From positions 1,240,001 through 1,304,000 of the forward strand of contig JANHCV010000007.1 of assembly GCA_025594325.1 (NCBI GenBank): a stretch of 64,000 nucleotides of DNA. The letters run 5' to 3'. Origin of the DNA: Blastocladiella emersonii ATCC 22665. Taxonomy: Eukaryota > Fungi > Blastocladiomycota. Positions 35,385-44,837 of the stretch are shown here, in pieces; within the stretch, counting starts at the first letter, position 1, and every line of letters starts with the position of its first letter. The notes beneath the pieces are model-generated. The model had not been told where the DNA came from. It saw only the letters and a program-made list of their open reading frames with translations, and did not search any database. Both the position numbers and the translations under genes were made by a program.

Positions 35385-37165
35385 ATGAATCCCAAGAACC
35401 CGCCCAAGGCAACTCGCACGCTCAAGCGTTCGCGCTCGACCGCCAGCACGGCCTCGGCGCCGTCGAGCTCCTCGTCGTCCGTCGCATCTTCGCCTGGTGG
35501 GCCCCGACCCGAGTCTGCTGATTCTGAGCAGAACCTATCGAAACGTCCGCGAATCAGCACGCCCGCTGATGCTGACGCTGCAACTGCTCTCAAAACTCCG
35601 AGGCGGGTTCCCGAGCAGAACCCTATTGCTTCGCGCGCCCTTGGCTCCGAGCCCACCGGTAACGAATCTTCGCCTCTTGCTGCCGCAGCCGCCGCAGCCG
35701 CCGAACCCTCCCTCGCCAATTCTGGCACCCGTTCGCGTATCGACCCTGCGGCCAAGGCTGCCGCGAAACTGCAGAGGCTGCAGAAAACTCTCGCAATCGA
35801 TATGCGTGATCAGCCCGCCTTGCCCAAATCTCGGCGTTCCGCCCCCGCTTCCACCCAGGCTACTTCCCGCACTAAGCATGCGAAAAGACGGCCTGCCGCG
35901 GCTCGAGTTTCCGTGGTGGTGCCCAAGCAGCCCGAACCCCGGCCCAGTTCGCTTCCACTTGAAGCTTTTTCCAGCTTGTCGGCTAAGCATGCTGCTTCCG
36001 CTTCCAAGGGTTCGGTTAGTGGACGCACGACTCGTACTTCCGCTGAAAGCGAAATTTCGGACCTCTCTGACTCGGACGACGGGATCGTTGGCGCGCCCGC
36101 CCGCGAATCCGTACGCTCGCTTCCAGTCAGGGAGGTTCGAGATCAGGTGCGTCAATCTTCATTTGAGTTCAGCAATTGCAGCTGCTGACCGGCAAACGAC
36201 GAGTGTAGCCATCAAGCGAAAACGGTACGGCGCCCAGCATCCTCGCGCGTCCAGTTCCAGTCTCAGCTTCACTTTCTGAGCCCGTATCTGCACCCGCGCC
36301 TGCACCTGCGCCCAAGGTGTCTTCCGTCATGGTCGCTGGTATGGGCCGAGGTCCTCCTCCTACGGTGCGGCGCGTGCAAATGGACTTGTATGATCGCTTT
36401 CCCCCTCCTTCCGTATTCAAGTTTGCTGGAGCTGTCGTTCACGCGACTCCTGCACCCGCACCTCAAATTGCCAAGGAACCGGTTGCCTGCCGCCCTGCGG
36501 CCGACGAGGAGCTTGCCACGCGCCGCGCGACGCTCGAGCAAGAGTTCGCCGCCCGCCGCGCCGCGCTCGAAAAGGAAATTGCTGACCGTCGCGCCGCGCT
36601 TGATGTCGAGTTTGCCGAGTACCGCACGACCCACGACGCGGCGCTCGAGAAAAAGCTTGCCGAGCACTGTGCCACGCTTGACGCGAAACTGGCCGAGGCG
36701 CGCGCTGCCGACCGTGTCGCATTTGACGCGGAACTGGCCGAGGCGCGCGCTGCCGACCGTGTCGCATTTGACGCGGAACTGGCCGAGGCGCGCGCTGCTG
36801 ACTGTGCCGCGTTTGATGCGCAACTCACTGAAGCGCGCGCTGCCGACCGCGCTACGCTTGACGCGCAACTGGCCGAAGCGCGCGAAAAGGAGATCGCTGA
36901 CTGCCGCGCCGCGCTTGGCCAAGAGTTTTCCGAGTACCGCGCGGCCCACGACGCCGCGCTTGAGAAGAAGCTCGCCGACTACCGTGCCACGTTTGACGCA
37001 AATCCGGTCGAAGCCCGCGCCGCCGACCTTGCAGCGCTCAAGGCGGAGCGGGCGGCGCACAAGGCGACGCGCGAAGAGCTCGAGCAGGTCAAGGAGAAGC
37101 TCGAGACTACGAAGAAGGCTGCGGCTGCGGTCGCGGACGTGGTCGGTGCGCTCTGCCGCGCCTGA
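35385..37165 (+). CDS. Island-2 paralog C2: basic/Ser-rich head + 11/15-residue-repeat coiled coil, ends ALCRA, at least 2 exons
   Basis: ATG 35385 has a 5' leader homologous to that of C3. A GTGCGT...GCTGAC...TAG intron (36147-36208) joins to the frame of ORF 36317-37165. Motifs ATRTLKRSR, SKRPR, LQRLQKTLAIDM and EISDLSD. Confidence 0.75.
36678..36882 (+). repeat. Coding 45-bp tandem repeat (~4.5 copies; ELAEARAADRVAFDA)
   Basis: TTGACGCGGAACTGGCCGAGGCGCGCGCTGCCGACCGTGTCGCAT units; the first copies are nearly identical. Confidence 0.9.
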
Positions 37166-37299
37166 TCACCCGCGAAACGCGCTGCTTGCCCCGATATGAT
37201 TACCCACAGTTTTGTTCAACTGTCATACATTGCTCATTCCTTCACCTGTCTGGTCTAAATCTGCGAGCGAGCGGTCTGTGGTGAGGCTTGAGGCATGAA

Positions 37300-37323
37300 G
37301 AGACGCGTTGATCATAACACGTG
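37300..37323. promoter_or_regulatory. Composite element variant GAGACGCGTTGATCATAACACGTG, copy 2
   Basis: Same three palindromic cores (ACGCGT, GATC, CACGTG) in the same order as 4462 and 39530, with one extra spacer base. Confidence 0.5.
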
Positions 37324-37952
37324 CGCACGCATCAACGCGTTGCCGCTGGGCGCGCACTTCACCTTCAGCGCGTTCGAGTGGAACCAGCTTTTCCTACAAC
37401 GAGGTTCAGTACCAGGTACCTGTTGCGGCTGGAATGCAGTGCGAAGACGTGATCGACTGACGCCGCCAACTTGCCGCTCCTGGCCTCCACTAAGGATTCC
37501 AGAAACCAGCTGTCAGGACGCAAGTATCGTCCTGGAACCATCTTCTCTGCTGCCACTGCTGCCCCCGAAAGTTCATGGTCCCGTGCATGTTGCTTTGGTA
37601 AGCCGGCTGCGAGCCATGGACGACGCATCTCGTGCGTTCCTGGCTGACAAGCGGGACGTTCGCCGAATCGTGTGCGTGAGGTTTGCATCTGCAGTCTCAG
37701 CAACTCAAGCTCTGAGCCGCGCTATCTGAATTCATTCGAGCCCTTCGGGCTTTTTCTCAGCCATAGTCGTCCAGGTCGCGGCCGGCCGGAGCAGGGACGC
37801 GGTGGGCTCGCTCGACGCGTTCAGCCCGCCACGCGCCCGGCTTGAACGACGCGCTTCCCCCTGCTCCCGCTTCCCAGCAACACGCAAGCTGATGCACTCG
37901 CCGCGCCTGGCACTTCATGCAATCACTTCATGCAAACAATCTGTGCATCTTT

Positions 37953-39293
37953 ATGAGTCCCGATAACCACGTCAAGGCCACGCGCACCCTCAAGCGCTCG
38001 CGCCCCGCCTCGCCCTTCGCGGCCTCCGGCGCTTCGTCGTCCGCCGCCCCTTCGACCGGTGGGCATGGAAACGAGTCTGTTTCCGAGCCGAACCGCTCGA
38101 AACGCCCGCGGATTAGATCGTCCAAATTCGGCTCTGTGGTCACTATCGACGACAGTGCTGATCACGAGCTCGCCGACGCCAATGCTGCTTCTCTCACTGC
38201 CGACGCGCTCGAGTCCGTCGACTCTGGTACTCGCTCGCGCCCCTCAAAGATGCAGAAGCTGCAGAAGGAGCTGGAAATCGACATGAACAATCAGCTCGTC
38301 TCGCCCAAGTCTCGACGCCGCGCTTCCACTGCCGCTTCCGCCACCGGCCGCGCTAAGGCGCCTCAGCATCGGCCCACGGTGGATCGTTCCAAGGACAAGT
38401 CGTCGAATTCCACGATTGCCTTGATCCGTACTCCCGCCACCGTCAACCGCACCACCACCACCGCGATTATTGCCGCTCCCAAGAAGTCGCGCGGTAGACT
38501 CGCACCTCCTGCTTCCGCCGACAGCGAGCTCTCGGACGTGTCTGACGGCGGAGACGAATTGGCCGTTGATGCACCGGCCCATCATGACGAGCACTTTCAT
38601 CCGCAGCCGCCCACAGCCGGGAAGGTTTTGGACAAGGTACACGACATCTCACTCCGTGTTTAACCGCTGGGTGACGCTGACAAGGTCATGACTCTGTGGC
38701 CCGTGGACCAGACGGATACTGCTCTGATCTGCCCGCCGCGCTCTTCCCTGCCTACACGTCCAGGGTCCGCGAGCGGACTCGTGCCCAACGATTCACCCGG
38801 TCATTTGGCGAGCACGAGCTTTCAAGCCCGTCCTCTGCAGCATCAGCCGATCCAGCCGGCCCCGCGCGGCCGCGTTCATGCCGATGTCGACCATCACATC
38901 GAGGCGGCAGATCTCATGCGCGCCACGATTGAAAAGGAGCTCCGCGCCGAGTTCGCCAAGCTTCGCGCGGCGGACCGCGTGGCTCTCGAGACGTCGCAGA
39001 CGACGCTCTCGAACACGCAGGCGGCGCTTGTCGAGTCGCAGGCGGCCCTCGCGGCGGAGCGGGAAGCACGACGTACGGCGGAGACGGCGCGCGACACGAC
39101 GCAGGCGGCCCTTGCAACTGAACAGGCGGCTCACGCCACGACGCGCGACGCAACGCAGGCGGCCCTCGCGGCGGAACAAGCAGCTCACGCCGCGACGCGC
39201 GCCGAGCTCACGCAGGTCAAGGAGAAACTCGACGCGACGAAGAAGGCGGCGGCTGAGGTTGCTCAGGGGTTTGGAACGCTCTGCCGCATTTGA
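37953..39293 (+). CDS. Island-2 paralog C3: basic/Ser-rich head + 18-residue-repeat coiled coil, ends TLCRI, 2 exons
   Basis: A GTACAC...GCTGAC.AAG intron (~38636-38684) joins ORF 37917-38663 to 38688-39293. Motifs ATRTLKRSR, SKRPR, MQKLQKELEIDM, ELSDVSD and HAATRAELTQVKEKLDATKKAAA. Confidence 0.75.
39099..39206 (+). repeat. Coding 54-bp tandem duplication (TQAALAxEQAAHAxTRxx)
   Basis: Two adjacent 54-bp units starting ACGCAGGCGGCCCT. Confidence 0.8.
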
Positions 39294-39529
39294 TTTTGCG
39301 CAGCAGCTCTGCGCTTCCGTTTTAACCTTCCTTATTGCTATAAATATCTTTTAATCACATTCAAGCTGCCGAATCGCGTGTGTGAGAGTGGGTCGCGTCG
39401 CCCGCGTGAGATACAGGGTGAGACGCGTAGGTCTCGAGAGATGTCGTTTTCTACGCTCATGATTGTTTTTCGTGCCTCGTATGACGAGCGAAGCAGAACG
39501 CGTCGAGAAACGCGAGCGGGAGACGCGCC

Positions 39530-39554
39530 GCGAGACGCGTCGATCAATCACGTG
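39530..39554. promoter_or_regulatory. Composite element GCGAGACGCGTCGATCAATCACGTG, copy 3
   Basis: Identical over 25 bp to 4462-4486, with extra GAGACGCG copies just upstream at 39420 and 39520. Confidence 0.55.
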
Positions 39555-39808
39555 CCCTTCTTGGCGCGCGTGCGCAGCAGGGGGCGCTGCCTGCGCTTCC
39601 GCCAAGTCGACGCGAATCGTCTCCCCTTCCCCGCAGAAGGCCAAGCGAAGGCTCGCCGCAGCCCGCAGGCAGGGTTGCTGCGAGTCCTTGGCCCCGGCAC
39701 GTTTCGCTTTCGAGCAACCGTCGCGACGGTGCCGCGGAGGGTGGGGTATATGAAGCTGCCGGGTCCCCTCTTTCCCTCCTCTTCTCTCACAGCTCTCCAT
39801 CACCAACT

Positions 39809-41296
39809 ATGACCTTCAACAACGAGAAACCCTTCTACTCCTCCACCACCCCCGGCTCACCAGCGCCGGGCGGCAGCAGCAGCGCAACGCTCGCGGCACC
39901 CGCCGTCAGCAGCAGCGACTACTACACGCCCAAGGTCAAGGGCGGGTACGCGGCGGTCCCGCCGACCCCGACCCCGAGCGCGCCGCCGCTCCTTCCTCCC
40001 GCACAGCCGCTCGCCGTCGACAACACGTCGCCGCCGCCCGCGTACCCTGCGCTCGCGCCGCTCCCCTCCGCCGCCGCACAGGTGGACCTCGAGTCGGGCA
40101 GCGGCGGTGGGTTCCGCGGCAAGGGCAAGAAGTGGTGCGACCGCGGCGGCCGTCGGCGTGCGCGCTGCGCTTGCTGCAACTGCTGCGGGATCCCCGTGTT
40201 CCTGTGCCGGCTGATCTGGGGCGCCGTGTGTCTGGTGATCGTGGCGATGGTCGTGGGCGGGGTACGTCTGCGCGGGCACCGTCGCGAGGGAGCGCGATGT
40301 TGACGAGTGCGTGTGTAATGTAGTCGCTGATCGGCGTGTTTGGCGGGTACTGCTTCAACGGCGGCAAGCTGGTCCGGTCCGAGTCGGGGACCCTGGATCT
40401 CACCAACTTCACGATGGCGAATGGTGGCGCAGCCGCGTTGCAGGTGCTCGGTCAGAACGTACGTTGCTTTCGCCTTACCTTCTCACCTCACCTCAACTCG
40501 GCGCTAACCTCGCCCGCGCTCGATCTAGTACGGCCGCATCATCCTGCAGACCGCGCCCGACACGTCGTCCGCGGTGACGTACCGCGTCGACCTGTTCGCT
40601 GCGCGCACGCCCGACCCGCTCCCCGCTCCTCCGCGCGTCGAGACGGCGGGCTCGCGGTGGACGCTGTACCCGCTCGGCAACTCGGCCTCCGACACCAACT
40701 CGCCGTTCGCGCCAGGCAACTGGCTCAACTGGCTGCACATTGACGTGTGCACGCGCACCGTGACGACGCTGACCGTCCCGCCGGCGTTCCCCAAGTCGGC
40801 GACAAACGTGTCGCTGGCCATCACCGCGACGAACCCGGACGTCGACCTGTTCGTCTCCGAGAACGGCGGCAGCGCGGTGGGTCCGACGTGGGACTCGGTC
40901 GCGGTGACAACGAGCAACGGGGACATCTCAGGCCGCGTGTCCGCCGCGCGCGAGGTGGTGACCGAGACGACGAACGGCGACTCGGACCTGACCGTGGCCT
41001 CGGCGGCGCGCGTGTCGATGGCCGGGAGCAACGGCGACGTGTCGCTGACGGTCGACGCGGCGGCGAGCGCGATCACGGCGCGCGCGACGAACGGCAAGGT
41101 GCGGATCACCGCGCCGGGCGACTGGACGTACTCGGCGCAGACGACCAACGGCGACGTCAAGGTCGACGGGCGCGAGGTCAAGCCGGACCGCAAGGGCGGC
41201 GTGGTCAGCGGGACCATGGGGGATGCGGGGAAGGCGGGCGGGAAGACGATGAACGTGGCCACGACGAACGGGGATGTTAAGATTCAGCGCGCGTAG
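39809..41296 (+). CDS. Type II membrane protein with a DUF4097/adhesin-like beta-solenoid ectodomain, 3 exons
   Basis: Pro-rich cytosolic N-terminus, CACCNCC cluster, TM LIWGAVCLVIVAMVVGG|SLIGVFGGY (introns 40262-40323 and 40459-40528), and six [TS]NG[DK][IV] repeats at the C-terminus. Confidence 0.75.
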
Positions 41297-41670
41297 CGTG
41301 GCGGTGGTCTCATGGTTTACGATATACCCAGCTTTTCATGGTCATTGAGCGAGCGGGGAGAGGAGAAACGTCAAGATCGCGTCAGAGCGAGCGGCGCCGC
41401 GCGTCGTCGTGTTTGCTTGCGTTGCTGCGGACGGGCGCGATCTGGTGGCAGTGGCGACCATGGCCGTGGCCGCAGCCACGGCCACGGACCTGACCACGGC
41501 CCTCACGCTTATGCCCAGGCGACCAGTGCGAGTGCGCAGTAAGCCAGTGTGCTTATATAATCCACAAGTGTCTGTACATGCTGCGCGGTTCCCGATCAAG
41601 AAGTGGAGAGAAAAGAGAGAGGGTAGGGGTAATCAAAATGGCGGAGTTGATGGATTTCAGCGGCTGCCGC

Positions 41671-43089
41671 TCACGACGACGCGACGGCCGGCATCGTGGC
41701 GAGCCAATGTCGCGTGTACTCGTCGGCGCCCTCGACGTCCGCCGCGTCGCGCATGAGCGACCCACCGGCCGACGACGACCGCGTCGACGCACACGACGTG
41801 CTCCACGCGCGTAGTCGGCCCATACTCGCGTGGCGGTGCCACCGCACGAGCGTCGGCGCGGGCTCGGCCTCGAGGTCGGCGAGCGACGAGAAGAAGAGCA
41901 CGCCGTCGGCCTCGTCCTCGTCGTCGACGCGCGCCATGGACATGGAGTCGAGCGGCGGCAGGTAGTCGAGCGGCGCGCCGATCCCCGGGTCGGGGAGCAC
42001 CGCCGTGCTCGGGCGCGAGCGGGAGGATGGGCTGACGACGACGACGGGCGACGCGGCGGTCGCGGGATCGGCGGCCAGGTCGCTGAGGTACAGCTCGTGG
42101 CACTGCGACGAGGACGCCGTCGAGGCCGGTTTCGCGGGGACGGGGACGCTGACCTGGAGGTCCGCGGTACACTCGGCCGCATCGACCGCCGTTTCCGACA
42201 AAGCCAGCGCGGCGAGCGGCGGCAGCTGCGGCAGCGGGCCGGGCGACGACGCGGCGAGCGGCGACGTGGGCAGGACGACGCCCGTGCGCGACCGCTGCGG
42301 CTGCGGGGCGAGCAGCGTGAGGCCGGTGGCCGTCGACACGCGGCGCGGCGGGAGCGGCGGCGGTGGCTGCACAACGTCCACGATGAACTCGTCGGGTTCC
42401 AGGGCGGGCGACGGGAGGTGCGGCGCCGGGACGGGGGCCGCGACGGCCGGATCAGGGACCACGGCGGTGACGGCGGCCGGAAGAGGCATCGTCGCCGCGA
42501 CACGATGATGGTCGTCGTTGGCGGGCAGCGGCTTCTTCTTCTCGTTGGTCCGAGCCGTGAGCGTGACAGCTCGCCGCTTCCCCGACGTAGTGGCCTTCTT
42601 CTCGATGGCTTTGGCGAGCGTGATAGCGGCCATAGACCCAGCGACGCCGCCGGCGCGCGCGAGTCCGGCGCTCCCGCCGCCGAGCTTGTCGTAGAGCTGG
42701 GCGACCTGGAGGCGCAGCTGGAGGAGCTCGCCCGTGGTCAGGCGGTGCGGGATGTCGGCGCGCGCGTTGATGCCCTGCAGGCCGGCAATCAGCTCGTTGA
42801 TGGTGGCGCGGTCGCGCGCGAAGCGGGCCGTGTCCGGGAACCGGTCCGAGCTGTGCGTGAGACCCTACGAACGGCGTGGGAGGGTGAGAAGGGGGATGAT
42901 GGGCAGGGCCGCGCGTGAACTTACCATGCTGAGAGCCGTCGTCGATTTGGCAAGAAGGCGCGTGCAGTAGCGGCAGAGGGCGGTGCAGGCGCGGGCGGCG
43001 AGGCAGGTGCACCAAGTGAGGTGGTCGACGGCGGCGGCAGCCGGGGAAGGGAGAGCGGGAGCAGCGACTAGAGCGCCGGCAGCGGACAT
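41671..43089 (-). CDS. Hypothetical protein (~450 aa), Cys-containing N-terminus followed by a Pro/Ser/Ala-rich region, 2 exons
   Basis: ATG 43089; a GTAAGT...TAG intron (~42924-42865) joins to the frame of ORF 41671-42633. Host-like codon bias. Confidence 0.6.
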
Positions 43090-43483
43090 GCGAGAGCCGC
43101 AGCGGACAGCAGAGGGCAGAGGGCGTGCGTGGCTGCACCGGGCGGGCCGACGACGGCGGCAGCGGCGGCAGCCCAGCCTTTATGTATCAGGTTCCGCTGC
43201 GGCACAGCGATTGCGGTGCGGGCCCGGCCGCCGTGTGCGTTGCGGCGCGGCGGCGGAGGCGGAGGTCGGCGGCACCGCCATCGGCCATCACTTCCCTTCT
43301 CCCACACATCGACCGTCGCCCACCGCCTGGCGCGATCTACCGAACTCTGCGGTGTTCGCGGTGACGGCGGTGCGGCCAGGCAGCTGGGCCAGCCGGCGTC
43401 CCGCGAACCGCGTCAATCGAAGCGCGCTGGCGGTCAGCAAGCAAGCTCAAGTGTATGGATGGTTTCATCGGGCACAACTCTCC

Positions 43484-44547
43484 CTAGACGGCGTGGTGCT
43501 GCGCCGTCCCACGGGCCTTGTAGTACCGCACCGCCGAGACCGCGAGGACGAGCACGCCGACCGCCCAGCACACGACGCCGACGTAGTGCCCGGCCATCCA
43601 GATCTTGCTTCCACCGACGAGCGCGTAGGTCCCGCCCGTGAGGCGCGACGCGAGGACGACGGGGTCCGCGTCGGTGCGCACCTGGACGCGCAGGGTCGGC
43701 GGGGTTTTTGAGGGAGTGTACGCCGACACGTTGGGTTTCCCGAGCACGGTGCCGTTGAGCGTGGTCGACTTGGCGCGCGACTCGACGTAGCACCCGACGG
43801 GGCTCGGGAACGTCACGTTCGCGACTTCGGACAGGACGAGGCACACGGTGCTCAGGTAGTACGTCACGCGGCAACGCCCGTTCGACCATGAGCCGACGGC
43901 ATCCGTGCAGGCTACGAGGGGGAGGAGGGCGTCAGCGAGGTTTTGAGGGACTGAGAGCAGGAAGCCGTACCCTTGCTGCACGCGTCGTCGCCGATACACC
44001 CCTTGAGGTCATTCGACGCATACTCGACCGTCGAGTTGCGCGGGTAGTCAGCCTCGAGCAGGGCATGCGCGAGCGACCGCGACGGCGTGCGGAGCCCGAC
44101 CGCCGCCCTCGCCCCGAGCGCGCCCGCGTTCGGCAGCGTGAGCTCGTAGCGGTACATGGTCCCCGGCAATCCCGTGGTCCGCGCCTCGACGAGCTGGCGC
44201 GCAATCGTCGTCTCCTCGGGCCCGGGCGCCGTGACCCGAGGCAGCGTCGAGTTGCCGCCCGGCACGTCGCTGCCCGTCAGGACCGCGGTGCTGCCGTGGT
44301 ACTCGGTGCCGCGCGCGTACGAGTCGTCCCACAGGATCGTCGCCAGCGTGAAGGTCGCGCGGTTCTTGTCCTCGACCGACTGCGGCGCCGGCTGCCAGAA
44401 CCACGCGCTGAAGCCTGCCGCGATGAGGACGAGCCCGAGGACAGTCAGCGGCGACAAGGGCGGGATGGTGCCGCACCACCGCTTCTTCCCGGGTGCCGCG
44501 TCGCGGGGCTGCGGCTGCTGTGCTTCGAGCATGTTGGCCGTCGACAT
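43484..44547 (-). CDS. Hypothetical two-TM protein with a Cys-containing lumenal/extracellular loop, 2 exons
   Basis: TM1 LTVLGLVLIAAGFSAWFW and TM2 YVGVVCWAVGVLVLAVSAV. A GTACGG...GCTGAC...TAG intron joins ORF 43912-44643 to 43484-43999. Confidence 0.65.
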
Positions 44548-44837
44548 GGTGATGCGTTGTATAAAGTTGCCTGATTGAGGGAGAAGCGATGGAGAAGGGC
44601 CGGGTCGGGCGCTCAAAACGTTGCCCATGCGAGGTCCCTGCATTCTTAGGTGGCTGAGGCGGCGCCTGCAGTTTTTAACTCTGCGTGTGTCCGCGGTACG
44701 GCGGCCGCGGACACGGCCATGGCCACGCTAAGTGGCCGCAGCGCTGGGAGACTCGCTCGCGCGCAACGGACTGCGGTGCTCAAGAAGAAACGGATGCGCA
44801 AGAATGGTACATGGGAGACACAGTAGGATATCGAGTT

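Noticed and set aside
36678-36882. CRISPR-like array (45-bp direct repeats)
   Set aside because: Contiguous in-frame coding repeats with no spacers, in a eukaryotic gene, and no cas genes.
34284-37199. Alternate-frame ORFs 34284-35159 and 36390-37199 as overlapping genes
   Set aside because: Frame shadows of the repetitive coiled-coil exons, giving R/P/S-rich nonsense translations.
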